From an uncultured delta proteobacterium (GTDB lineage: Bacteria; Desulfobacterota; Binatia; DP-6): a stretch of 64,000 bases of DNA. Within the stretch, counting starts at the first letter, position 1, and each line of letters begins with the position of its first letter. Positions 50,766-64,000 of this stretch are shown one piece after another. Made by a program: the position numbers and the translations under genes. The notes beneath the pieces were generated by a model, which was not told the origin of the DNA, made no database searches, and saw only the letters and a program-made list of their open reading frames with translations. The DNA is taken from NCBI GenBank assembly GCA_963811605.1, contig CAWESA010000010.1:6500-70499 (forward strand), given 5' to 3'.

Positions 50766-51407
50766 TCAGGCCCGATCGGGCTCGGGAACGCTGCCCGGCA
50801 CGCGGCGGAAGATCACCTGCAGGCCCTTGGCCGCGAGGCGGAACAGCCGGTACATCGCGCCCGCCTCGCGCTCGTCGAGCACCGCGTCGGGCAGCGTCAG
50901 GCGGTAGGTCAGGAGGCCGTCCTCGAGACGCGGCGTCGCCTCCGCGTCGAGATCGTGGAGGAGCGCCTGGACGGGCGCGTTCTCAGGCAGGACGTGGCAG
51001 ACGAACGTCGTGACGCCGCGCTCGCGGGCCGCCTTGATCAGCTGGTGCAGGAGCAGGCGGCCGACGCCGTGGTGCTGCATCTCGTCGATCACCGCGACCG
51101 CCGCCTCGGCGGTGGTGGGATCCTCCGCGAGCCGCACGAAGCGCGCGATGCCGATGCCGTAGCTCGTGTCGGCGCCGTCCTCGCCGCGCTCGGCGCCGAT
51201 CGCCACGTGATCCTGGCCGTCGGTGTGTATGAGGTAGTCGAGCGACGCCTCAGACAGCGTGGCCGGCGCCGAGAAGAAGCGGCGATACTTGGACTCGGGC
51301 GACAGGCGCGCGAAGCCGTTGCGCAGCTTCTCCCGGTCGTCGGGCCGCAGCGGTCTGGTCCGCACCAGGGTGCCGTCGGGCAGGCGGTGCGTGGTCCCGT
51401 CATCCAT
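50766..51407 (-). CDS. GNAT family N-acetyltransferase
   Basis: ...VAVIDEMQHHGVGRLLLHQLIKAARERGVTTFVCHVLPENAPVQALL acetyl-CoA binding motif A. Confidence 0.8.
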   Translation of the reverse strand: MDDGTTHRLPDGTLVRTRPLRPDDREKLRNGFARLSPESKYRRFFSAPATLSEASLDYLIHTDGQDHVAIGAERGEDGADTSYGIGIARFVRLAEDPTTAEAAVAVIDEMQHHGVGRLLLHQLIKAARERGVTTFVCHVLPENAPVQALLHDLDAEATPRLEDGLLTYRLTLPDAVLDEREAGAMYRLFRLAAKGLQVIFRRVPGSVPEPDRA

Positions 51408-51523
51408 GGGGCGGGGCTACACTAGCCGGCGGGCATCGGTGTGCAAGGGGACCTCCATTGCACTCCGCCGCCGACTCTTCTAGGACCAGAACGAATGCTG
51501 GCCGCGCAAGGAGGCCTCTCGCC

Positions 51524-53284
<1,761 letters not shown>

Positions 53285-53381
53285 CGCACCCGCGGGCCGC
53301 AGGCGCCTGCCCGCGACCCGCGACCGGCGCCGGCGCGCGGCGGCGGTTGTGCCTCCGTGCCGTGCCAGGCATAACCGCCCG

Positions 53382-54257
53382 GTGAGTCCGGTCGAGAAGG
53401 CGGAGCTGCTCCTCGAAGCGCTGCCCTACATCCGGCGCTTCACCGGCAAGGTCCTGGTCATCAAGTACGGCGGCCATGCCATGGAGCGCGACGAGCTGAA
53501 GGACGCGTTCGCGCAGGACGTCGCGCTTCTCAAATACGTCGGGATGCACCCCGTGATCGTCCACGGAGGCGGCCCGCAGATCGACGCGGCCGTGCGGCAA
53601 GCCGGCATCGAGCCGCGTTTCGTGCGCGGCATGCGCGTCACCGACACGGCGACCATGGCGATCGTCGAGCAGGTGCTCGCGGGGCGCATCAGCGGCGAGA
53701 TCGTGGCGTTGCTCAACCGTCACGGCGCCCGCGCCGTCGGTCTCTCGGGAAAGGACGGCGAGCTGGTCGTCGCGCGCAAGCGCGCCGGCGCCGTCGACCT
53801 CGGACTCGTCGGCGAGGTCGTCGGGGTGCACCCGCAGGTGATCGAGGCCCTGTCCGGCTTCGTCCCGGTGATCGCGCCCACCGCCGCCGATGCCGACGGT
53901 CAGACCTTCAACATCAATGCCGACGTGGTGGCGGGGAAGATCGCCGAGGCCCTGCACGCCGAGAAGCTCATCCTCCTCACCGACGTCGAGGGGGTGAAGG
54001 GACGCGACGGCACGCTCGTGCCGACCGTCTCGGCCGACGAAGCGCGCGACATGATCGCGGCGGGCGTGATCGATGGTGGCATGATCCCGAAGATCGAGTG
54101 CTGCATCGAGGCGCTGCGCGGCGGCGTGCAGCAGGCGCACGTCATCGACGGCCGCGTGCGGCACGCCCTGCTGCTGGAGGTGCTGACCAGCCAGGGGGTC
54201 GGGACCGAGGTCGTGCACGTGACACGGCGGCCGCGGCGGCGCCTGGCGCGCGCATGA
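53382..54257 (+). CDS. argB: Acetylglutamate kinase
   Basis: LPYIRRFTGKVLVIKYGGHAM...VIVHGGGPQI...FVRGMRVTD. GTG 53382 is proposed; GTG 53349 is an alternative. Confidence 0.9.
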   Translation: MSPVEKAELLLEALPYIRRFTGKVLVIKYGGHAMERDELKDAFAQDVALLKYVGMHPVIVHGGGPQIDAAVRQAGIEPRFVRGMRVTDTATMAIVEQVLAGRISGEIVALLNRHGARAVGLSGKDGELVVARKRAGAVDLGLVGEVVGVHPQVIEALSGFVPVIAPTAADADGQTFNINADVVAGKIAEALHAEKLILLTDVEGVKGRDGTLVPTVSADEARDMIAAGVIDGGMIPKIECCIEALRGGVQQAHVIDGRVRHALLLEVLTSQGVGTEVVHVTRRPRRRLARA

Positions 54258-55440
54258 CCAGCGCGGAGATCGTCGCCCGCAACGCCGCGCACGAGTTCGC
54301 CCTGTACGCGCGGCAGCCCCTGGCGATCGCCCGCGGACAGGGGTGCGCGGTGTGGGACGCCGACGGCACGCGCTACCTCGATTTCTTCGCCGGCGTGGCG
54401 GTGAACAGCCTGGGCCACTGTCATCCCGCCGTCGTGGAGGCGATCCGGCGCCAGGCCGGCGCGCTGCTCCACGTCTCCAACCACTACCACACGGCGATCG
54501 AGGGCGAGCTGGCTGCCCTGCTCTGCCAGCACTCGTTCGCCGAGCGCGTCTTCCTCTGCAACAGCGGCACGGAGGCGGTCGAGGCCGCGATGAAGCTGGC
54601 GCGCCGCTGGGGCGCCGAGCAGGGGAGCGGCCGGTACGAGATCCTCGCCACGCACGGCTCGTTCCACGGCCGCACGTTCGGCGCCCTCAGCGCCACCGGC
54701 CAGGAGAAGTATCATCACGGCTTCTTGCCGCTGCTGCCCGGCGTGCGGCTGGTCCCCTTCGACGATCTCGCGGCCATGGAGGCCGCGGTCCGACCCGAGA
54801 CGGTCGCGATCCTGGTCGAGCCCATCCAGGGCGAGGGCGGCGTCGTCGTCCCGCGGCCGGGGTACCTGCGCGGCCTGCGCGCGCTCGCCGACCGGCACGA
54901 CCTGCTGCTCCTGTTCGACGAGATCCAGACCGGCATGGGCCGCACCGGCACCCTCTTCGCCTACGAGCAGGCGGACGCGGTGCCCGACGTCATGGCGCTC
55001 GCCAAGGCGCTGGGCGGCGGCATCCCCATCGGCGCCCTGTGCGCCACCGCGCGCGTCGCCAGCGCCTTCGCGCCCGGCGCGCATGGCACCACCTTCGGCG
55101 GCAATCCGCTGGCGTGCGCCGCCGCCAGCGCTGCGCTGCGCACGATCGCCGACCCGGACCTGCTGGCCCACGTCGCCCGCGTGGCAGGCCGGCTGCGCGA
55201 GGGACTCGAGCGCCTGGCGCAGCGGCACGGCCAGGTGGTGCAGGTGCGCGGCATGGGCCTCATGCTGGGGCTCGTGCTCGCCGGCCCGGGCGGCGACGTG
55301 GTCGCGCGCTGCCTCGCCGGCGGGCTGCTCGTCAACTGCACGGCCGAGCGGGTGGTGCGCCTGACCCCGCCCCTCATCGTGACCGCCGACGAGGTCGACG
55401 AGGCGATGGACATCCTCGACCGGGCCCTGGGCGGCGCGGC

Positions 55441-55444
<4 letters not shown>
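54253..55444 (+). CDS. argD: Acetylornithine aminotransferase
   Basis: Class III PLP aminotransferase: ...FFAGVAVNSLGHCHPAVVEA...CNSGTEAVEAAMKLARR...LLFDEIQTGMGRTG. ATG overlaps the argB stop (ATGA). Confidence 0.9.
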
Positions 55445-56355
<911 letters not shown>

Positions 56356-56361
56356 GTCGCG

Positions 56362-56961
56362 ATGCCCGCTCCGGAGACGGTCGAGGTCGGCGAGCTCCGG
56401 CGCGCGCTCGCCACGCACCGGCCGAAGCTCCTCGCCGGCAGCCGGCGCGCGGCGGTCGCGGTCGTCGTGCACGATGCCGCCGCCGCGCCCGAGATGCTGT
56501 TCATCGAGCGCGCCCGACATCCCGCCGATCCCTGGTCGGGCCACATGGCGTTTCCCGGCGGACGGGTCGATCCGGGCGACGCCGACGCGCGCGCGGCCGC
56601 CGAGCGCGAGGCGCTCGAGGAGCTGGGCCTGTCGCTCGCCGGAGCGGAGCGGCTCGGGCAGCTCGACGACCTGAACGCCGGCGTCCGCCTGGTGGCCCCG
56701 CTGGTGCTGTCGGCCTTCGTGTATCGCCTGGACGCGCGGCCGTCGCTGATCCCGAACCACGAGGTGGCGGAGGCGCTGTGGGTTCCCGTCCCCGCGCTGC
56801 TCGATCCGGCGCGCCACGTCGGCTACCGCCGCGGACCGGCGCGATGGCCCGGCGTCTGCGTCGGCGACCCCGAGCGGCACATCGTGTGGGGCCTCACCTA
56901 CCGGCTCTTGCAGGGCCTGTTCGCCGTCGCCGGCACGCGCCTGCCGCCGGGGTCGCGCTGA
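56362..56961 (+). CDS. NUDIX hydrolase (CoA pyrophosphatase-like)
   Basis: Nudix box GHMAFPGGRVDPGDADARAAAEREALEELGL. N-terminal region typical of NudL/CoAse. Confidence 0.8.
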   Translation: MPAPETVEVGELRRALATHRPKLLAGSRRAAVAVVVHDAAAAPEMLFIERARHPADPWSGHMAFPGGRVDPGDADARAAAEREALEELGLSLAGAERLGQLDDLNAGVRLVAPLVLSAFVYRLDARPSLIPNHEVAEALWVPVPALLDPARHVGYRRGPARWPGVCVGDPERHIVWGLTYRLLQGLFAVAGTRLPPGSR

Positions 56962-56974
56962 TCCGCCCGCCGGG

Positions 56975-58060
56975 TCACGGCCGGGTGCCGAGCGCGCGGC
57001 GCAGGAAGCCGGTCACGAGGTCGACCGTCCGGGCGTGGATCACGGCGCGGTCGGGCGAGGTCGCCGCGTCGACACACACGATGGCCGCGACCAGGCGCCC
57101 GGGCAGCGTGCACACCGGCATGAACACGAAGTGCCCCGTCCCCGGCACGGTCCGCAGGCGCGCGCCCGGGATGTGCTCCGCGTAGCGCGCCGCGTTGTCG
57201 GCGAACGGCACCAGCTCGTCGTCCGGCGAGGCGATGATCTCGACCGGGATTCGCACCGCGCGCAGGCTCGCCGTCGTGGCGGCGAGGCCCAGCACGGGCG
57301 CCAGCGCCACGACCGCGCGCACGCGCCGGTCGCGATACGAATCGCCGCCGCGATCGAGATCGCGGATCGCGCGGACGTCGAGGTCGGCGATGAAGCGGCA
57401 GTCCGGTCCCGCGCCGGGCCCCAGGCAGGCGGCCACGAAGTCGGTCGGCCGCAGGCGCGCGCCCGCCAGCAGCAGGACGGTCACCCCGCCGGAGGAATGA
57501 CCGGCGGCGGCGATGCGCCGGCGATCGATGTGGCGGCCGAAGGTGCGGTCCGCCAGCATCCCGGTCAGGGCGACCGACACGTCCGGGGCGCGGCGCCAGA
57601 CCGCGAAGCGCCCTTCCGGGCTGTCATCGCCGAAGCGGTCGCCGGGATGGTCGACCGCTGCCACGATCCATCCCGTGCCGGCCAGCGCCTCGGCGAGCCA
57701 GGCGAGGTTCGATCCGTCCCCGCCGCTGCCGTGCGACAGCATCAGCAGCGGGTGGCGCGCGCGCCCGAGCGCCGGCGGCGCTTCCCAGGCGCCGCGTCCC
57801 GGGAAGATGCCGTCGAAGTTCGTGGTCTCCTCGACGGTGCCCGGTCCGGCCGGATACCAGACCGTGACGGCGAGACGACGGCCGCGCAGGCGATCGTCGA
57901 AGACGCGGCTCGTGATCCCGACCGGAGGACGCGGCGCGGTCACCGCTGCCGGCGCCGGGTCGGCGGAGATCGCCGGCGACGCGGGCGCGGGCCGACGACA
58001 CGCGGTCGCCAGCGCGATCGCGATCAGGAGCACGCCGGTGGCGGTGCGATGCCCCGTCAC
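56975..58060 (-). CDS. Alpha/beta hydrolase lipoprotein (PAF-acetylhydrolase/dienelactone hydrolase-like)
   Basis: Lipobox (LLIAIALATAC). Nucleophile elbow AAAGHSSGG. C-terminal ...GTGHFVFM His. Confidence 0.75.
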   Translation of the reverse strand: MTGHRTATGVLLIAIALATACRRPAPASPAISADPAPAAVTAPRPPVGITSRVFDDRLRGRRLAVTVWYPAGPGTVEETTNFDGIFPGRGAWEAPPALGRARHPLLMLSHGSGGDGSNLAWLAEALAGTGWIVAAVDHPGDRFGDDSPEGRFAVWRRAPDVSVALTGMLADRTFGRHIDRRRIAAAGHSSGGVTVLLLAGARLRPTDFVAACLGPGAGPDCRFIADLDVRAIRDLDRGGDSYRDRRVRAVVALAPVLGLAATTASLRAVRIPVEIIASPDDELVPFADNAARYAEHIPGARLRTVPGTGHFVFMPVCTLPGRLVAAIVCVDAATSPDRAVIHARTVDLVTGFLRRALGTRP

Positions 58061-58287
58061 GCGACGTTCAGCCGCGGCAGGCCCGCGAACTCCTCCGGCG
58101 CGCGGCGCGGCCGGTCGTTCGTGGTTCGAAGGATGTCCCGGCTCTGGACGACATGACGCCCACGGCTCCCGGGCAGCGGGCAGCCGATGCGGCTGCTCCT
58201 CTAGCCTCGCATCCTCGGGGGCGCAAGCCGGCCGCGGTGCCGCGCACGTTGGTCCCTCGCGGAACCGTGTGCTAGGGAGCGGGCGTC

Positions 58288-59495
<1,208 letters not shown>

Positions 59496-59499
<4 letters not shown>

Positions 59500-60905
59500 G
59501 CCGCCGGCCTGCCGGCGGCCGCGCGAACCGCGCCGCCAAGGCGTGGGCCGGTCGCTTCGACACCCCCACCGCGGGCATCGTCGAGGAGTTCACCAGCTCT
59601 CTGCCCGTCGACCGCGTCCTCTATCCGTACGACATCGCCGGCAGCCGCGCCCACGTGAAGGCGCTCGTCCGGGCCCGCCTCCTCACCCCGCGCGAGGGAC
59701 GACGGCTGGACGCCGGCCTGCGGCGCGTGCTCGCGGAGCTCGACGACGGCGCCTTCCGCTTCCGGCGCAGCGACGAGGACATCCACATGGCGGTCGAGCG
59801 CCGCCTGACGGAGCTCATCGGACCCCTGGGCGGCAAGCTGCACACGGGCCGCAGCCGCAACGACCAGGTGGCGCTCGACCTCCGGCTCTGGCTACGCGCC
59901 GAGTGCGACGCCCTCGACGCCGACCTGGCCGCGCTGCAGCGCGCCTTCGTCGCCGTCGCGCGCCGCCACCAGACGGCGGTGCTGCCGGGGTACACGCATC
60001 TCCAGCGCGCGCAGCCCGTGCTGCTCGCGCATCACCTGCTCGCCTACCACGAGATGCTGGCGCGTGATCGCGGGCGCGTGCGCGACTGCCGCGACCGCGC
60101 CGACGAGCTGCCGCTCGGGGCCGGCGCGCTCGCCGGCGCGGGCTTCGCCCTCGACCGCCGCTACGTCGCCCGGCTGCTCGGCTTCGCCCGCGTGACCCGC
60201 AACAGCCTCGACGCCGTCGGCGACCGCGACGCGGCCGCCGAGTTCCTGGCCGCCGCCGCCATCGCCGCCGTGCACCTCAGCCGGCTCGGCGAGGAGCTCG
60301 TGCTGTGGGCCAGCGAGGAGTTCGGCTTCGTGCAGCTTCCCGACGCCTTCGCCACCGGCAGCTCGATGATGCCGCAGAAGAAGAACCCCGACGTCGCCGA
60401 GCTGGTGCGCGGTCGGACCGGCCGCGTGGTGGGCGCGCTGGTCGCGCTGCTGACGACGCTGAAGGGCCTGCCGCTCGCCTACAATCGCGATCTCCAGGAG
60501 GACAAGGCGGTCGTCTTCGACGCGGCCGCGACCCTGCGACGCTCCCTCGCCGTGCTCGCCGCCATGCTGCCGGCGCTCCGCTTCGACACCGCGCGCATGG
60601 CGGCGGCGGGTGACGGCCTGCTGCTCGCCACCGACGTCGCCGATCTCCTGGTCGAGCGCGGGCTGCCGTTCCGGCGCGCGCACGAGGTGGTCGGCGGCCT
60701 CGTCCGGCACTGCCTCGCCACCGGCACGCGGCTACGCGACCTCGACGCCGCGACGCTGCGGCGCCACTCCCCGCTGCTCGATCCGGCCGTGATGCGCACC
60801 CTCACGCCGGCGCGCTCGGTGGCGCGGCGGCGGGTGGTCGGCGGCACCGCGCCCGGCGAGGTGCGGCGCCAGCTGGCGCGCGCCGCACGCGAGGCGCGCG
60901 CGTGA
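59496..60905 (+). CDS. argH: Argininosuccinate lyase
   Basis: ...[24 protein letters not shown] (fumarate lyase signature GSxxMxxKxN). ATG 59496 overlaps the argG stop (ATGA). The upstream extension of the listed ORF is spurious. Confidence 0.9.
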
Positions 60906-61369
60906 GGGGCATGGCCGCATGGGTGGCAGCGCTCGGGCTCGCCGCCGGAGCGCTGGCCGGATGCGGCAACAAGACGCCCCTGCAGCCGCCCAAGGACGTG
61001 CAGCCCGGGCCGGCCACGGCGCTGCTCGCGAGCTCGTCGAAGGACGGCGTCGTGCTCACGTGGCGCCGGCCCACGTCGTACACCGGCGGCAAGCGCATGA
61101 GCGACCTCGGCGGATTCGTGGTCGAGCGCGCCTCCGGCGATGGCACCGGCGCCTACGGGCCCATCGGGCGCATCGAGCTCGACGACCAGACGCGGTTTCG
61201 CCCCAAGCGCGACATGACATGGACCGACGGCACGGCGGTCGCCGGGACGCGGTATCGCTATCGCGTGATCGCGTTCACCCTGGATGGCTACGAGAGCGCC
61301 CCCGCGGGCCCGGTGCCGATCGTGTTCGATCCGACCAAGGCGCCGCCCCCGCCGCCGCCGGCCGAGTAG
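60902..61369 (+). CDS. Lipoprotein with fibronectin-III-like domain and Pro-rich C-terminal tail
   Basis: MAAWVAALGLAAGALAGC lipobox (ATG 60911; GTG 60902 overlaps the argH stop). VLTWRRPTSYTGG...YRYRVIAFTLDGYESAP. Confidence 0.6.
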   Translation: MRGMAAWVAALGLAAGALAGCGNKTPLQPPKDVQPGPATALLASSSKDGVVLTWRRPTSYTGGKRMSDLGGFVVERASGDGTGAYGPIGRIELDDQTRFRPKRDMTWTDGTAVAGTRYRYRVIAFTLDGYESAPAGPVPIVFDPTKAPPPPPPAE

Positions 61370-61374
61370 CCCCC

Positions 61375-64000
61375 CTACGCGCCGAGCGTCTCGAGGAGCG
61401 CGCGTGCCTCCAGGAGGTCGCGGGTCTCGAAGGCCTCCGTGAAGCGCCGGTAGACCGGTGCCAGCACGTCGCGCGCTCCGCTGGCGTCGCCCGTCCTGGC
61501 CCAGAAGCGCGCCAGGCTGGTCGCGGCGCGCAGCTTGAGTGCGAGCCCGCCGCGCCGGCGCGACAGCTCCAGCGCACGCCGCAGGCGGGCATCGGCGGCC
61601 GCCGCCCGCGCCGGGTACTGGGCCAGCGCTTCGCCGGCGATGCGGTGCAGCTCGCCCTCGAAGGCCCGGGCGCCGGACTCGTGCAGGGCGGCGCACTCCT
61701 CCTCGACGATCGCCAGCGCCTCCGCGGCCCGGCCCTCGCGCACGTAGGCCGTGGCCAGGAACGCCCGAGCGGAGATGTTGAAGGTCGAGCCCGTGCCCAC
61801 GATGGCCGTGTAGCCGCGCTCCATGCGCGTCGTGCCGGCGGCGAAGTCGCCGTCCTCGGCCAGCGCCCAGCCGTGGATGAACTCGCCCCACCCGAGCCAT
61901 TCGGGAAAGCCCTGCTCGGTCGCGACCGCGGTCAGCGCCGCGGCCGTGTCACGGGCACGATCCGGCTCCCGCCGCAGCTGGCTCACCCAGGCCGCCAGGA
62001 GGAGCGCGAGCCCCAGGCTGAACGGGTGTCCGCGCCCGCGCGCGAACTCGACCAGGGCCAGCGCGCGGCGCGCGGCCTCGTCGGCGTGTCCCGAGATCCA
62101 CGCGCCCACCGCGAGATAGCCCTGCGCCACGACCGACGGGTCGTCGCCGTAGCGCAGCGCGTGCCCGCGATGCCGCTCCACGTCGTACACCCGGAGCACG
62201 TCGTCGAGATGGGGCTTCGCGCGGTAGGGCTCGCCGTGCCAGAAGCGGATCTCGCCGAGCAGGCGGCGCGCCTCCATCACCAGCGCCTCGTCCCCGCCCC
62301 GCGCACCGCGATCGAGCAGCTCCTGCGCGAGCCGGGCGGCGCGCGGCAGCTTCCCCTGCTCGATGTAGACGCTGGCCAGCCCGTGCAGCGCGACGAGACG
62401 CTCCGGGGCGTCCCCCACACGCTCGCACAGCGCCTCGGCGCGGGCGTAGGCGCGCGCGGCGGCGGGCGCCGCGTGGCCCTTGGTGGCCACCAGCACCGGG
62501 CCCAGGCGCGTCAGCAGGACGAGCTCCTGCCGGTCGCGATCGGGCGATCTGGGACGCTTCGAGAGCAGCGCCAGGGCCGCCGTGAGATGGCGCTCCGCCT
62601 CCGCATTCGCCGACCGGGCCGCCGCCTGCTCGGCGGCGAGCCCGAGATACTCGATCGACTTCTCCGCGTTGCCGCTGCGCTCGTAGTGATGGGCGAGCGC
62701 GCCCAGGTGATCGCCGAGCGCCGGCGCGAAGAGCCGCTCGAGGGCGGCCGCCGCCCGCTCGTGAAGCGCACGCCGCCGGTCGCCGAGCAGCGACCCGTAG
62801 GCGGCGTCCTGCGTGAGGGCGTGCTTGAAGACGTAGACCGTCCCGGTGCGCGTCTCCTCGCGATAGACGAAGTCGGCGTGCTCCAGCGTCACCATGCCGG
62901 CCTCGAGCTCCTCCCCGGTGCACGGCGCCACCTCGCGCGCCAGCGCGATCCCGGCGGTGCGGCCGAGGACCGCCAGCGTCTGCAGCAGCGCCTTCTCCGG
63001 CGGCGCCAGCCGGTCGATGCGCGCCGCCAGCACGTCCTGCACGCTGGCCGGCACGCGCACCGCGGCGAGCGCGCCGCGCTCCAGCGCCCCCTCCTCGACC
63101 AGCGTCTGGACGAGCTCCTCCATGAAGAACGGGTTGCCCTCGGCCTTCGTCAGGACGAGATCGTGCAGCGGCCCGAGCGCCGAGTCCTCACCGACGAGCG
63201 CCGCGACGAGCAGCTTCGCCTCCTGCGGGCGCAGCGGCTCCAGACGCAGGCGCAGCGCGCCCCACGGCTCCGCGTACTCGGGGCGCGCATTGGTCAGCAG
63301 GAGCACCGCCGCCCCCGGGACGGCGGCCGCGAACTCGACGAGGAAGCGCTCGCTCTCGGCATCGAGCCAGTGCATATCCTCGACCACGAGGACCAGCGGA
63401 TGCTCGGCGCTCTCGCGCACCCAGAGGCGCGTGAGCGCGTCGTGCAGGCGCCGCCGGCGGACGTCGGGCGCCATCTGCTGGAGCGCGAGCGCCGCGTCCG
63501 CCACGCCGAGCAGCGCCAGCAGGTGCGGCAGCGTCTCCTCCAGCCCGCGATCGAGCGCGAGCACCTTGCCGGTCACCCGCTCGCGCCGTCGCCGCTCGTC
63601 GTCGTGCGGCTGGATGTCGCAGTAGCGATGCAGCAGCTCGATGACCGGCAGGTACGAGAACGCGCGTCCGTGCGGAACGCAGGCCGCATCCAGCACCAGC
63701 GCCCGCTCCCGCGCCAGGCTCTTGAGCTCGTGGAGCAGCCGCGACTTGCCGACGCCGGCGTCGCCCACGACCGTGATCGTGCTGCCCGTGCCGCCGAGCG
63801 CGGCCGCGAGCGCCTGCTCGAGGATCGCGAGCTCCGGGTCACGCCCCACGAACCGTGACAGGCCACTGGCGGCGCGCCGCTCCAGCCGCGTGCGCAGCGG
63901 CCCGATGCCGACGAGCCGGTAGAGCCCGACCGGATCCGGCACGCCCTTCACGCGCGCCGCGCCGAGCGGCTGGAAGTCGAAGAAGCCGGTGGTGAGGGCG
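61375..64000 (-). CDS. STAND-type (AAA_16 ATPase + TPR) adenylate/guanylate cyclase family regulator, 5' end beyond the window
   Basis: Begins inside the end of a class III cyclase domain (...VKGVPDPVGLYRLVGIGP). Then a P-loop (ITVVGDAGVGKSRLL), DMHWLD (Walker B) and a long TPR/helical repeat region to the stop at 61375. Confidence 0.75.
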   Translation of the reverse strand, partial: ALTTGFFDFQPLGAARVKGVPDPVGLYRLVGIGPLRTRLERRAASGLSRFVGRDPELAILEQALAAALGGTGSTITVVGDAGVGKSRLLHELKSLARERALVLDAACVPHGRAFSYLPVIELLHRYCDIQPHDDERRRRERVTGKVLALDRGLEETLPHLLALLGVADAALALQQMAPDVRRRRLHDALTRLWVRESAEHPLVLVVEDMHWLDAESERFLVEFAAAVPGAAVLLLTNARPEYAEPWGALRLRLEPLRPQEAKLLVAALVGEDSALGPLHDLVLTKAEGNPFFMEELVQTLVEEGALERGALAAVRVPASVQDVLAARIDRLAPPEKALLQTLAVLGRTAGIALAREVAPCTGEELEAGMVTLEHADFVYREETRTGTVYVFKHALTQDAAYGSLLGDRRRALHERAAAALERLFAPALGDHLGALAHHYERSGNAEKSIEYLGLAAEQAAARSANAEAERHLTAALALLSKRPRSPDRDRQELVLLTRLGPVLVATKGHAAPAAARAYARAEALCERVGDAPERLVALHGLASVYIEQGKLPRAARLAQELLDRGARGGDEALVMEARRLLGEIRFWHGEPYRAKPHLDDVLRVYDVERHRGHALRYGDDPSVVAQGYLAVGAWISGHADEAARRALALVEFARGRGHPFSLGLALLLAAWVSQLRREPDRARDTAAALTAVATEQGFPEWLGWGEFIHGWALAEDGDFAAGTTRMERGYTAIVGTGSTFNISARAFLATAYVREGRAAEALAIVEEECAALHESGARAFEGELHRIAGEALAQYPARAAAADARLRRALELSRRRGGLALKLRAATSLARFWARTGDASGARDVLAPVYRRFTEAFETRDLLEARALLETLGA

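Overview
High-GC (~70-75%) bacterial chromosomal window. The most likely source is a member of the Myxococcota or a related deltaproteobacterial lineage, judged from three things: several secreted proteins carry the myxobacterial cysteine-rich repeat (TIGR02232-type CxxxGxCDxGExCDDGN), one large protein has planctomycete-type cytochrome c (PSCyt) CxxCH motifs, and translationally coupled GTGA/ATGA stop-start overlaps are pervasive.

The backbone is ordinary housekeeping:
- an ECF sigma factor with an NrsF-like anti-sigma factor, and queC;
- tRNA-dihydrouridine synthase;
- a TetR regulator divergent from an ICMT-family methyltransferase;
- a reversed-order Pat-like GNAT + NDP-forming acyl-CoA synthetase fusion;
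- ettA and fkpA;
- the 2-oxoglutarate dehydrogenase operon sucA-sucB-lpdA;
- xerC-hslV-hslU;
- a RelE/ParE toxin-antitoxin pair and a DUF1343 protein;
- a fadD-like acyl-CoA ligase;
- an arginine biosynthesis cluster, argB-argD-argF ... argG-argH.

Accessory or unusual content:
1. A ~3.8 kb lower-GC islet (~28.9-32.7 kb) encoding a Cys-rich secreted protein, a signal-peptide-less protein with a peptidoglycan-binding domain and an NlpC/P60-like peptidase domain, a PadR regulator and a lone ABC ATPase.
2. A 1146-aa secreted protein with an N-terminal Cys-rich domain, a Thr/Ser-rich linker, PSCyt CxxCH motifs and BNR (Asp-box) repeats.
3. A ~150-aa C-terminal domain ending ...ATTGQC...C, shared by two unrelated secreted proteins (a beta-helix protein and a Cys-rich/TSP3 protein). 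I do not recognise it as a named family.
4. A tightly coupled operon on the minus strand: WS/DGAT wax-ester synthase, an HpnG/MqnB-like nucleosidase, and a TMTC-like GT-C/TPR glycosyltransferase.
5. Two tandem dodecin genes next to a MacB-type FtsX permease, an F420/flavin-dependent LLM oxidoreductase and a nitroreductase.
6. A ROK-like kinase with apparently permuted motif order, a PIN-like remnant and an HNH endonuclease C-terminal fragment.

At least five single-base (+1) insertions interrupt conserved genes: lpdA twice, the TMTC-like gene twice, and WS/DGAT once. This suggests either indel errors typical of uncorrected long-read assembly in homopolymers, or recent pseudogenisation. Gene boundaries elsewhere should be read with that in mind. 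I saw no rRNA, tRNA or CRISPR array.
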